From contig JAURYB010000005.1 in assembly GCA_030654075.1 (NCBI GenBank), positions 8,732 through 72,731 on the forward strand: 64,000 bases of DNA, written 5' to 3'. Shown in pieces: positions 47,120 to 56,911 of this stretch. Under the pieces are notes generated by a model, which had not been told where the DNA came from, did not search any database, and was given only the letters and a program-made list of their open reading frames with translations. Position 1 is the stretch's first letter. Every line of letters starts with the position of its first letter. The DNA is from Bacteroidales bacterium. Lineage in GTDB: Bacteria; Bacteroidota; Bacteroidia; Bacteroidales; UBA4417. The position numbers were made by a program, and so were the translations under genes.

Positions 47120-49063
47120 ATGATTTTGATAGACCGGGCTGAATTTTTTTGGTTTTCTCTGGGATTAACACTGGCAGTAGTTTTGTCGACAAACAAGATG
47201 AATGCCCAGAATGTGGATTCGATCGGCATTTCAATTGATCGCATGGTAAATGAAAAAACAAACAAAACACGTAAACTTACATCCAACGCTGTATCTTACT
47301 ATGCTGATACTTTAAATATCAGCAAATATTTATCCACGGCACGAAGTTTTCAGACCGAAAACTATGATTCTTTGCTTTTCTACACTCAAAAAGCCTTGAA
47401 ACTATCATTTAAAATCAATGATCTGCCTGGTATCTCAAGATCAGTACAGATACTCGGACGCTATTTTATGATGAAAGAGGATTATCAGAATGCAGTAAAA
47501 TGTTTCATTAAAAGCCTCTCCATTGAAGAAAAACTAAATAATTCTGCCAGAATTGCTGACCTGAATGATGAACTGGGCAGCGTTTATTATTTTCAGGAAA
47601 TATTCGGGAAAGCACTTACTTATCATACTGCAGCCCTGGTTGTTTATGAAAAGAATCACGATACCACGAACATGGCTAAAGTATATAGCCATTTGGGAAA
47701 TCTGCACCTTTCGCGTGAATATTGTGAGCAAAGAACAACGGAGCAAAAAAAAGCTGACTTTACACTAGCTATTCAATACTTTGAAAAAACAGTACAGCTA
47801 TGTACAAAAACAGGATACAAATCTTTGATTATCAATAGCTATGTGAATATTGCCGCGACATATAACAAACTGGACAAACCTGAAAAAGCCCTTGTGTATC
47901 TAAACCAGGCTGTAGATTATTACCGCAAAACAAAGAATATGAGCAGGTTGGCCGGTTCTTTACACACACTTGGAATTACATATTACAAAGCGAAACAATA
48001 TATCCTGTCTGTAAAAGCCCTGGAGGAATCCGAAAAGCTTTCGGTTGACAATAAATATACTGAAGGCATTCAATATCTCTATGAAGCAATGGCTCAAACC
48101 TACGAAGCTTCACATGATTATAAAAATGCTTATGCTTATTATATCAAATACATGACTATCAGGGATTCATTAGTAACAGCTGATAAATCGAAACAACTAT
48201 TTGAACTTGAAACCAGGTACCAGACTGAGAAGAAGGAGAAAGAAATAGTAAAACTCACATCCGAAAAGCGTGAAAAGAATATGTTGCTTTTTGCCTTGTC
48301 AGGATTAATTTTTCTGTTGGCAGTATCCGGTTATTTTTTCGTTAAAAACATAAGGAACAAAAAGTTAATAGCGGAACAAACCCTTGAAATCAAGGAGCAA
48401 TACATACAGGACCTGGAAAAAGAGCGGCTGCTTGTTGCCACAAAATCAGTTTTAAAAGGAGAGGAATCCGAACGTTCGCGCATGGCCCGCGACCTTCACG
48501 ACGGATTAGGGGGCCTGCTTTCAGGAGTTAAAATAAATCTGTCATCTATGAAAGGGAATTCGATAATTACCAGCGAAAATGCCCAGGCATTTGATCACGC
48601 CATTAAACTGCTCGACACTTCCATCAGCGAATTGCGACGCGTGGCACACAACCTGATGCCCGAAACCCTTAACCATTATGGACTTAAAACGGCACTGAAT
48701 GACTTTATAGGCGAAATGAGCAAGAATCCGTCGACAGAGCTCACGTTTAGCTTTTTCGGGGCTGATATCCGTTTCGAATCACAACTTGAACTTACGGCCT
48801 TCCGCATAGCCCAGGAACTGGTAAACAATTCTCTGAAACACTCAGGTGCTGCAAAAATCGACCTTCAGCTTATTGCTGATATCGACCGGATTTGCATACA
48901 GGTTGTTGATAATGGCAAAGGATTTGACACTAAGGGCAGATCAGGGGATGGGAAAGGCCTGGTGAGTATCCGCGACCGGGTTACTGCCAACAACGGCAGA
49001 TTTGAAATAGAAAGTATTCCTGGCGAAGGAACCGAAGCCACAGTCGAATTTTTATTATCTTAG
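47120..49063 (+). CDS. Sensor histidine kinase (extracytoplasmic TPR sensor region, HisKA_3 + HATPase_c)
   Basis: N-terminal hydrophobic segment, about 350 aa of TPR-like repeats, and a second TM (LLFALSGLIFLLAVSGYFFV). H-box ERSRMARDLHDGLGGLLSG. ATPase motifs ELVNNSLKHSGA, VVDNGKGF, GKGLVSIRDRV. Confidence 0.85.
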   Translation: MILIDRAEFFWFSLGLTLAVVLSTNKMNAQNVDSIGISIDRMVNEKTNKTRKLTSNAVSYYADTLNISKYLSTARSFQTENYDSLLFYTQKALKLSFKINDLPGISRSVQILGRYFMMKEDYQNAVKCFIKSLSIEEKLNNSARIADLNDELGSVYYFQEIFGKALTYHTAALVVYEKNHDTTNMAKVYSHLGNLHLSREYCEQRTTEQKKADFTLAIQYFEKTVQLCTKTGYKSLIINSYVNIAATYNKLDKPEKALVYLNQAVDYYRKTKNMSRLAGSLHTLGITYYKAKQYILSVKALEESEKLSVDNKYTEGIQYLYEAMAQTYEASHDYKNAYAYYIKYMTIRDSLVTADKSKQLFELETRYQTEKKEKEIVKLTSEKREKNMLLFALSGLIFLLAVSGYFFVKNIRNKKLIAEQTLEIKEQYIQDLEKERLLVATKSVLKGEESERSRMARDLHDGLGGLLSGVKINLSSMKGNSIITSENAQAFDHAIKLLDTSISELRRVAHNLMPETLNHYGLKTALNDFIGEMSKNPSTELTFSFFGADIRFESQLELTAFRIAQELVNNSLKHSGAAKIDLQLIADIDRICIQVVDNGKGFDTKGRSGDGKGLVSIRDRVTANNGRFEIESIPGEGTEATVEFLLS

Positions 49064-49087
49064 CAGCACTATTTAGTAACTTAGGCT

Positions 49088-49142
49088 GAGGTTAAGATAG
49101 AGGTTAAGTAATCTCCGCTCAATCTTAACCTTTGCCTTAACC
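49088..49142. other. GGTTAAG double hairpin between kinase and regulator genes
   Basis: GAGGTTAAGATAGAGGTTAAG pairs with CTTAACCTTTGCCTTAACC (two 7-bp stems). Lies in the 154-nt kinase-regulator spacer. Confidence 0.45.
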
Positions 49143-49217
49143 TTATTATACTTCATAAGGGAGTTATTCTTTTAGGACCCAAACCGATCCTTATTATGGT
49201 TCTATTCCGCTGCTTCT

Positions 49218-49844
49218 ATGCAAAAAACTCTTATTGTTGAAGATCACCCTATTGTAAGCGACAGCCTCACAAACCTGATCAATACATCAGATCTTGAGCT
49301 TGAATGCCACCATGTAACAAATGCGCATGATGGATTAGCGTGGCTCAACGGCAACAAAGCCGGAATCATTCTTCTGGATATAAACCTGCCCGATATGAGC
49401 GGTATTGAGTTTTGCCGGATTGCAAAGTCGCGTTATGCCGGTTTAAAAATCCTTGCCATTACTTCCATTGAGCAACGCCATGTGGTGGATCAGATGCTGG
49501 CAGCAGGGGCCAATGGTTTTATTCTGAAAAGTTCAGATACCAGCGAAATACTCGAAGCAATCGGGCTGATTTTAAGTGGCAAGCAGTACATAAGCAAAAG
49601 CGTGGCAGAATTGCTGAATGGGAAACTACCAACCAACAGCACCCTTCCGGTACTTACCCGGCGTGAGGTTGAAGTTCTGAAACTTATTGCCAACGGCCTT
49701 ACCAACCAGGAAATCGCCGAAAAACTTTTTATCAGCACCTGGACTGTGGATAGCCACAGGAAAAATCTTTTATTAAAATTCAATGCAAAAAATACCGCGA
49801 TTTTGGTGAAGACAGCAGTAACGAGTGGGATAATAAGTTTTTAG
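49218..49844 (+). CDS. LuxR/NarL-family response regulator
   Basis: Receiver domain (IILLDINLPDMSG). C-terminal HTH LTRREVEVLKLIANGLTNQEIAEKLFISTWTVDSHRKNL. Confidence 0.9.
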   Translation: MQKTLIVEDHPIVSDSLTNLINTSDLELECHHVTNAHDGLAWLNGNKAGIILLDINLPDMSGIEFCRIAKSRYAGLKILAITSIEQRHVVDQMLAAGANGFILKSSDTSEILEAIGLILSGKQYISKSVAELLNGKLPTNSTLPVLTRREVEVLKLIANGLTNQEIAEKLFISTWTVDSHRKNLLLKFNAKNTAILVKTAVTSGIISF

Positions 49845-49863
49845 AATATCTCAAATAGATAGT

Positions 49864-49952
49864 CCGTAGGCTGAGCGATTATCAGCTTTTAATAGATTAA
49901 ACACCGTAGGCTGAGCGATTAAACACCGTAGGCTGAGCGGAGCCGAAGCCTA
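49864..49952. repeat. Three direct copies of CCGTAGGCTGAGCG, the last forming a hairpin
   Basis: Copies at 49864, 49905 and 49927. GTAGGCT...AGCCTAC hairpin at 49929-49952. Lies between convergent regulator and fbp genes; the word TAGGCTGAG also occurs at 49082-49090. Confidence 0.55.
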
Positions 49953-50975
49953 CATCTTTTCCACAAAATCAGGCGAAAATTCCTGCATAAACTCCTCCGC
50001 TTTTATCACCATTTCTTTCGAACCGATAAATACGGGAGCACGCTGGTGCAAATCGTAAGGTTCAAGGTCCATAATCCGGCGAAAACCATCAGATGCTTTG
50101 CCTCCAGCTTGTTCAACTATAAAGGCCATTGGTGCAAGTTCATATAATAATCGCAGCTTCCCGTTTGGATTTTTCAAAGTACCCGGATAAATAAAAATGC
50201 CTCCGCGTATCAGGTTTCGATGAACGTCGGCTACCAATGAGCCAATATATCGTGTACTGTATGGACGGTTGGTTGCTTTATCATCTTCCTGGCAATATTT
50301 GATATATCGCTTTACGCCTTCAGGGAAATACCTGTAATTGGCTTCGTTAATCGAATAAATGGTGCCGTTTTCAGGAATTTTCATATTCGGGTGTGAAAGG
50401 AAGAATAATCCAACCGTAGCATCGTAAGTAAATCCGTTTACACCATTACCTGTAGTATACACAAGCATGGTTGAACTGCCATACATCACATATCCTGCAG
50501 CTACCAGGTGATTCCCTGATTGCAAAAGATCCTCAAGCGAACCTGAAGCCCCAACGGATGAAATCCGTTTATAGATAGCAAAAATAGTTCCTATAGGTAC
50601 GTTAACCTCAATATTCGATGATCCGTCAATCGGGTCGAAGGCAACAACATATTTGCCCTGCATCGAATATTTATTGCCAAAAATAATCATATCCTCGTTT
50701 TCTTCTGATGCCAGGGCCGCGCACTGCCCCCCATGTTTCAACGCATTGATAAACTGGTCGTTGGCAAACACATCCAGTTTTTTCTGATCCTCTCCCTGAA
50801 TGTTAGTGGTCCCGAAATAACCATTAATGTCAGCAAGCCCGGCCCGCCTGATTTCACGGTTCACTATTTTGGCGGCAATACCTATGTCATTTAATAAACG
50901 AGTCAGATCACCGGTTGCGGAAGGATACTCCGACTGTTTTTCATTAATAAACTGAACGAGGGTTTTCATTGGCAT
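49950..50975 (-). CDS. fbp: Fructose-1,6-bisphosphatase class 1
   Basis: [36 protein letters not shown]. 341 aa. Confidence 0.92.
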   Translation of the reverse strand: MPMKTLVQFINEKQSEYPSATGDLTRLLNDIGIAAKIVNREIRRAGLADINGYFGTTNIQGEDQKKLDVFANDQFINALKHGGQCAALASEENEDMIIFGNKYSMQGKYVVAFDPIDGSSNIEVNVPIGTIFAIYKRISSVGASGSLEDLLQSGNHLVAAGYVMYGSSTMLVYTTGNGVNGFTYDATVGLFFLSHPNMKIPENGTIYSINEANYRYFPEGVKRYIKYCQEDDKATNRPYSTRYIGSLVADVHRNLIRGGIFIYPGTLKNPNGKLRLLYELAPMAFIVEQAGGKASDGFRRIMDLEPYDLHQRAPVFIGSKEMVIKAEEFMQEFSPDFVEKM

Positions 50976-51032
50976 GGCTGGGATCCTTTCGTTTTGAGGT
51001 TAGGTGGTGAGGTTGGGTTGTGGTTAATTGGG

Positions 51033-51160
51033 GTCGGAAGTCGGAAGACCGGAGTCGGGAGTTCCTAAACAAAAACATTTCTCCTTATTAATATTGTCAT
51101 AATCAAAAATAAATCTTTCAGGCACCATCAGCTTCCGACTTACGTCTTCCGGCTCCGGAC
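51033..51160. repeat. GGAAGTC-armed inverted-repeat element, copy 3
   Basis: Arms GTCGGAAGTCGGAAGACCGGAGTCGGGAGTTCC and CTTCCGACTTACGTCTTCCGGCTCCGGAC around an AT-rich interior. Lies in the divergent fbp/lysC intergenic region. A solo arm occurs at 52637-52662. Confidence 0.6.
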
Positions 51161-51245
51161 CTCTCATGTTAAGTCTTCTGCTTCACATACCAACTCCATC
51201 CTTCATTCAAACAAAATTAGTACTTTTACCATGTAAAATCACTTT

Positions 51246-52532
51246 ATGCTAAAGGTTTTTAAATTCGGTGGCGCATCCGTGAAAGATGCTGATTCAGTGC
51301 GCAATGTAGCCACAATTCTAAGAAAACACTCCCCTGAAAAACTGGTCGTTATTCTTTCGGCCATGGGTAAAACAACCAATGCACTCGAAAAAGTGCTGAA
51401 TGCATGGTACGAAAGTGACGAACGTCTCAATACTTTTATTCAGGATGTAATCAGCTACCACCAGGGAATTATAATATCTCTTTTCCCCGATAAAAATCAC
51501 CCTGTATATTTTAAAACAGATCTGTTATTTGGCGAACTCGAAGGTCACCTGCATACACCACCTTCTCTGGATTATGATTTTGATTATGATCAGGTTGTAA
51601 GTTTTGGCGAACTCATCAGCACTACCATTATCAGCGAATTTCTGATCAGCGAAGGCTTTAACTGCCAGTGGTTTGATGTCCGTGAACTGATACAAACTGA
51701 CAACACCTGGCGCGAAGGCAAGGTAAACTGGGAAACTACGGAATCTCAAATCAGGGTGCAGGTTTCGGGTTTTCTCGATAATCCGAAAAGTGGACCTGCA
51801 ATTGCTCTAACACAGGGATTTTTAGGCGCTGCAACTGATGGTGCCACCGTTACACTTGGCCGCGAAGGCTCCGATTATACAGCCGCCATTTTTGCACATG
51901 CGCTCCATGCCGAAGAAATGGTGATATGGAAAGATGTCCCTGGTTTATTGAATGCCGACCCGAAATATTTTAGTGTTACTGAGAGGCTGGCAAGCATTTC
52001 GTACCGCGAAGCTATTGAATTAGCGTACTATGGCGCTACTGTAATTCATCCGAAAACGATAAAACCGCTTCAGAATAAAGATATTCCTTTACGCATAAAA
52101 TCCTTTGTCGATCCTGAAAGTGAAGGAACTGTTATAACTCAGAATACATCGGCCGACAGCCTTATTCCTTCCTTTATTTTCAAGGTTAACCAGGTTTTAA
52201 TTTCCATTTCACCACGCGATTTCTCGTTTATCGATGAACAAAGCCTGAGCGAAATCCTTGCAGTTTTTGCAGATAACTCCATTCACATCAGCCTGATGCA
52301 GAATTCAGCCATCAGTTTTTCAGTTTGTGTGGATCATAATGAGCGCAGGTTATCAGAGCTTTTCGAAGCATTAAGTAAAGAATATAAGGTTCGTTACAAT
52401 ACAGGCCTCGAATTAATAACCATTCGCCATTACGACCAGGCAACTATTGACAGGGTACTGGAAGATGGCAAGACCGTTCTACTCGAAATGAGAAGCAGGC
52501 TAACGGCTCAGTTTGTTGTTCGTCCTTCATAA
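51246..52532 (+). CDS. lysC: Aspartate kinase
   Basis: N-terminal VFKFGGASV, LGREGSDYTAA, and C-terminal ACT-like region. 428 aa. Confidence 0.9.
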   Translation: MLKVFKFGGASVKDADSVRNVATILRKHSPEKLVVILSAMGKTTNALEKVLNAWYESDERLNTFIQDVISYHQGIIISLFPDKNHPVYFKTDLLFGELEGHLHTPPSLDYDFDYDQVVSFGELISTTIISEFLISEGFNCQWFDVRELIQTDNTWREGKVNWETTESQIRVQVSGFLDNPKSGPAIALTQGFLGAATDGATVTLGREGSDYTAAIFAHALHAEEMVIWKDVPGLLNADPKYFSVTERLASISYREAIELAYYGATVIHPKTIKPLQNKDIPLRIKSFVDPESEGTVITQNTSADSLIPSFIFKVNQVLISISPRDFSFIDEQSLSEILAVFADNSIHISLMQNSAISFSVCVDHNERRLSELFEALSKEYKVRYNTGLELITIRHYDQATIDRVLEDGKTVLLEMRSRLTAQFVVRPS

Positions 52533-52711
52533 ATCAGAATAAGTCGCCTGATTTTTAATGTGTATTTACCACACCAACTTTCAACATTTTTTTATTAATT
52601 TGGCTCTCGGTAAGATCATATTGATATTTGGAATGTGCGGAGCAGCTTCTGTCTCCCGACTTCCGTCTTCCAGCCCCATTAAATAAATAAAACTCAAACA
52701 TAAAACACATC

Positions 52712-53929
52712 ATGAAAGGCTCAATCCTTATCCTTGCCGGTGGTGGTCCAGCTCCCGGAATCAACACAGTAATCAGTTCAGTTGCAAAAGTTTTCCTGCG
52801 CGATGGATATCGAGTAATCGGCTTGCACGACGGGTACAAAAACCTGTTTACCGAAAACCCAAGTACCATTGATATTGATTTCGAAATGGCCGACCGTGTA
52901 TTCAGCATGGGGGGTTCCATGTTGAGGATGAGCCGTTACAAACCTGCTGACCTGGAATTTAAAACCAATTTCTTTGTTAAAAATAATGTCAAACTGCTGG
53001 TTACTGTAGGCGGAGATGATACAGCATCTACGGCTAACCGTATTTCAAAATTCTTAACCGAACGCAAATTCCCGATTCAGAATATTCACGTTCCAAAAAC
53101 CATTGATAACGATTTGCCGCTTCCCGAAGGACAACCCACTTTCGGTTACCAGAGCGCCAAGCAGGAAGGTGTTCGCATTGGCCGTACCATTTATGAGGAT
53201 GCACGTACATCAGGAAACTGGTTCGTGGTATCAGCTATGGGCCGTGAAGCCGGTCATCTGGCTTTTGGTATTGGCGCTGCCTGCCATTACCCAATGATCA
53301 TTATTCCCGAAATGTTCAATAAAACCAAGATTACTCTTGATAAAATTACCCGTCTTATTATTTCATCCATTGTAAAACGTAAGATCCTGGGCATTCCGTA
53401 TGGTGTTGCCATTGTGAGTGAAGGCGTTTTTCATTTTATGAGCGACGACGAAATTGAAGCTTCCGGAATTCAGTTTACTTACGACGAACACGGTCATCCT
53501 GAATTAGGAACTGTGAGTAAAGCGCACATTTACAATATGCTACTGCAAATCAGGCTCAAACAACTGAGCATGAACGTTAAAAGCCGCCCGGTTGAAATGG
53601 GTTACGAATTACGTTGTATCGCACCAACAGCCTGGGATTTATTATATTGCAGTTTACTTGGAATTGGTGTTAAGAAAATATTTGACGATGGCTTAACCGG
53701 ATGCATGGTAAGTTCCGATCCTACCGGCGATATTTTCCCTTTATTCCTCAAAGATCTGGAAGATGGCCATGGCAAAGTCCGTACCCGTATGGTTACCATG
53801 GACAGCCAGAAAGCGCATATGGTTTTCTTCGACAGCATTCAATATCTCACTGCCAATGATATGGAAGCTGCTAAAGAATACATTAAAAACCCGGAAGAAT
53901 TTGATTTTATGAAAATTCTGGAGTGGTAG
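52712..53929 (+). CDS. pfp: 6-phosphofructokinase, PPi-dependent type by signature
   Basis: GGGPAPGIN, GGDDT (Asp where ATP-dependent enzymes have Gly), PKTIDNDL, MGREAGHLA. Confidence 0.8.
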   Translation: MKGSILILAGGGPAPGINTVISSVAKVFLRDGYRVIGLHDGYKNLFTENPSTIDIDFEMADRVFSMGGSMLRMSRYKPADLEFKTNFFVKNNVKLLVTVGGDDTASTANRISKFLTERKFPIQNIHVPKTIDNDLPLPEGQPTFGYQSAKQEGVRIGRTIYEDARTSGNWFVVSAMGREAGHLAFGIGAACHYPMIIIPEMFNKTKITLDKITRLIISSIVKRKILGIPYGVAIVSEGVFHFMSDDEIEASGIQFTYDEHGHPELGTVSKAHIYNMLLQIRLKQLSMNVKSRPVEMGYELRCIAPTAWDLLYCSLLGIGVKKIFDDGLTGCMVSSDPTGDIFPLFLKDLEDGHGKVRTRMVTMDSQKAHMVFFDSIQYLTANDMEAAKEYIKNPEEFDFMKILEW

Positions 53930-54594
53930 TAAGTTTCTGCACACCATTCACTAACAGTGTCTGCACACCTTTTTTAGGTGTCTGACACTGGGACTTCTGG
54001 CCTTTTTTTCAAAAAGACTCTGTTCCTGTGGGATCAGAGCCTTTTACTTTTCATGATTCAACTGTTATTATCTATTTTTTACGGGTCAGATGGAATGCGC
54101 CAGATTGATCATATTATCATTTTCAGTTGGTGTTTTCCCAATCGTGGCTATTTCATGTGCTGACTTCAAGTCGCTGCGTTTTGATACGATCACGTTGAGG
54201 TTGTCAACAAAAAGACCAACTTACTAACACTTTGCGGGTTTTGTTCGTTTGCCACTATTACCTTTTTGAAAAATCCGGATTATATGTTGATGCATTATAA
54301 TTTGTAGATTAATTATACAAAATACAGGCTTTTGCCTAAAATTCCGGACTACTGCCAGTTCCTTGCACAACATGATATATTCTTACAGGTAATGATATTT
54401 TTAGTATAGAAAGAAGCATATATTCCTTTCGCTGAATAATACACAAACAGATTTTACATTAATTGCAAAAATAACAGTGTATATGTATTAGATATTTAAC
54501 ACATTACCACACCCCCCATCCACACACACATCCCGCAAACTAATTGTCTCCGGTGGCAGCTACCCATCAGGTTTTATTTGAATATACAAGTGTG

Positions 54595-54654
54595 AGTCCA
54601 CTCCGAAAAGTCCCCATTAGGGACTTAGGGATTTTGGACTTTTCGGAGTGGACT
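54595..54654. repeat. Perfect 19-bp-stem hairpin
   Basis: AGTCCACTCCGAAAAGTCC (54595-54613) and GGACTTTTCGGAGTGGACT (54636-54654). The 22-nt loop carries TAGGGACTTAGGGATT. Confidence 0.7.
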
Positions 54655-54727
54655 TAAGTGTAAAGTAATTCGATTACTTATTCCCTTTATTACTCATTTT
54701 ATTCAACCTATTTAACCTTTAAAAGCT

Positions 54728-54949
54728 ATGAATTTTGCAAATAAAACAGAAAAAATGGAGTGCCTGATCAAATTAATAACAAATGAAAAAACCGGCACAT
54801 CGGAACAATTATGCGAAATTATTTATGTGTAGCGGCCTACACTTATGCGATACCTCACTGACTTACGCGATTTAGGCAACGAAATTGGATATTGCCGGTT
54901 CCGACGGAGCTACTATTTTATAAGAAAAAGACAACTGAATGAATATTGA
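54728..54949 (+). pseudogene. Small HTH (DeoR/HTH_11-like) regulator interrupted by an in-frame TAG
   Basis: Hand translation: MNFANKTEKMECLIKLITNEKTGTSEQLCEIIYV*RPTLMRYLTDLRDLGNEIGYCRFRRSYYF... The TAG at 54830-54832 sits where the canonical V-S-R-x-T HTH motif has Ser (TCG to TAG is one change). Confidence 0.55.
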
Positions 54950-55260
54950 GACTACAGTATCAGTTTCTGATACTGTGGGGGGCATATATTCGTAAATGCG
55001 AACAGCGACCCGGCCAGTCAACAACTTTCAGATTGAAAAACGAAAAGCAAATTAAATCTCAGGAATACTAACCCAAATAAGAAGAAGGCCTGTTTAAGAA
55101 AATCAGTTTCGGATTCCGAAAAGATAATAATTGTCCTTTATCCGCGTAGGTTAGCCAGGGAAATCCCCCTAAATTATTGACTACGAAAGTGGAAACCAGT
55201 CCTAAAATAACCTCTACAGGACACGAATTATTTAGAGGTTTAAAATTAAAACTATTCACT

Positions 55261-55608
55261 ATGAAACGAATAATTCTTATTTGCTTATTATCATTTACAC
55301 CTATAATTAACTTTTCATGCACAAAAAGTGACGAAAGCAATTCTGTAAAAAGTGACCCTGCCGGATGTGTTGAGTGCGGAAAAAAGAAACTACAAGTTCA
55401 ACTTAGTGAGCCATTAATAATTGCAAATCAGCAGGATTCATTAGTTCTTGCACTTTATAATTGTAAAGGCTTTACGCAATATAATGGTAGAAAATTTGGT
55501 GAAGATTCAATAGGATTTCTTTCCATATATATTACAATTCTTCTTCCATTTGTATATATTATATTTCTAAAATTCAGTAATAATCCAAATATTATTGTCG
55601 AAGATTAA
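55261..55608 (+). CDS. Small hypothetical lipoprotein
   Basis: Internal ATG gives MKRIILICLLSFTPIINFSC (lipobox). Hydrophobic C-terminal segment. Confidence 0.4.
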   Translation: MKRIILICLLSFTPIINFSCTKSDESNSVKSDPAGCVECGKKKLQVQLSEPLIIANQQDSLVLALYNCKGFTQYNGRKFGEDSIGFLSIYITILLPFVYIIFLKFSNNPNIIVED

Positions 55609-55816
55609 CTTTCAAATACCCCCTGATCTTGTCCGCCAGCACCTTAGCCAGTATGTATTTCGATTCCACAGTCCAACCGGCAATATGCGGCGTCAGTATC
55701 ACATTTTCTGCTTCCGCCAGGAATTTTAAGGGTTCAGGAAAAGAGTGGGCATCCATAGCTTCGAACGAAGTTTTTTCATATTCCAACACTTCACCAGGTA
55801 AATTTAGTTCTCTCTT
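55592..55816 (-). pseudogene. C-terminal remnant of a D-isomer-specific 2-hydroxyacid dehydrogenase
   Basis: Only the last ~70 aa remain (…ENVILTPHIAGWTVES…). The frame is closed upstream by TGA at 55817-55819, inside the panE 3' end. Confidence 0.6.
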
Positions 55817-56732
55817 TCAAAGAATTGTAAGCTTTTGTAAAAGCCGGCGTTTCAATATTAAAGTCCTCACCTGCCCTTAGTACATAACCAGTTAAAGTAT
55901 CAACTTCTGTTTTTGGTTTGAGGTTCAAGAAATCCCTGTGCATGGACGAAGTGGCATCGTACGGCAGCAACTTATTATAATTCACGATATAAGATGTAAT
56001 ATCAGGTTTAACAGAAATTCCTTTAGCGACAGCAATCTATTTTACTTCCTCAATAAGCTGAACCAGGGTTTCCTCATTTTCTTCAAGCAGCTTTCCAATG
56101 CTGCAATTAAAGTAAGACGTTGCTGTGGCTATGGATGCGATGAAAATAAATTTTTCCCATACTATAGTTGAAATGGAATCGGATAAGGTCACTTCAATTC
56201 CTGCTTCCTGCATTATCTTTTCAAGCCATAGAAGCTTATCGTTATTGATATTACCAGGCCCAAAGTATACTTTTTGATTAATGCCGCTATTTTCAATTAC
56301 ACCAGCTTCTTTTAATGCAGACACGATGTAAACACAGCCTTCCAAAACAGTTGTTTCCGGTAAAATCTTTTTAATTCTTTCAACGCTTTCAACCCCGTTT
56401 AAAAGAGGCAATAGAATTGTATTTTCACCAATACACGGTTTTAACTGTTCAATAGTTTCGTCCAGATCATAGCTTTTTGTGCAAATCAGGATATAGTCAG
56501 CTACACCGATTTCAGTTGCATTATCTGTTGCTATTGCTGGCCTTGCAATAAATTCAGCATTACCGTGAATTACTTTCAGCCCGTTTTCCCTGATTTTATT
56601 CAGGTGTTCACCACGAGCAAGAAAGCAGATTTCGATTGCATCACTGCTTTCGTATTGGTTAGTTAAAAGTCCGCCAAAATATCCGCCAACTCCACCAATA
56701 CCGGCAATAACTATTTTATTTTTTTTTGTCAT
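55791..56732 (-). pseudogene. panE: 2-dehydropantoate 2-reductase with one in-frame TAG
   Basis: N-terminal ORF (KIVIAGIGGVGGYFGG Rossmann) and C-terminal ORF (SSMHRDF...TEVDTLTGYV) are in the same frame. They are separated only by TAG at 56037-56039: ...LIEEVK*IAVAKGISV... Confidence 0.7.
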
Positions 56733-56911
56733 GATTATCGCTTTTTATTAAAAAATTAAACAATACCGGCTTAGTGCAACTTAGTGCTTTTGTGGCTTTG
56801 GCATGGTTGTCACAAAGGCTCTATGGCAGAAAAGGGATCAGTTTTAAAAGGTGAATAGCCTCATTCAGATCCTTTATGCCCCATCTTTTGAAAGGTATCC
56901 GATTCTTTTTT

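Noticed and set aside
52555-52920. 121-aa minus-strand ORF overlapping the pfp start
   Set aside because: It overlaps the well-supported pfp N-terminus (GGGPAPGIN) on the opposite strand and has a low-complexity, Arg/Pro-rich translation.
49950-53929. fbp, lysC and pfp neighbourhood as an unusual system
   Set aside because: A class 1 FBPase and a reversible PPi-type PFK are common central-metabolism genes in Bacteroidota. Their proximity here is split by divergent and convergent orientation, and nothing in the sequence suggests a novel function.
14905-56039. Genome-wide reassignment of TAG to a sense codon
   Set aside because: TAG terminates several genes exactly where paralogs or orthologs end: A3 at 14905, both small FN3-like genes at 23348 and 25421, fbp at 49950, and the partial gene at 63828. 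TAG is therefore a normal stop here.
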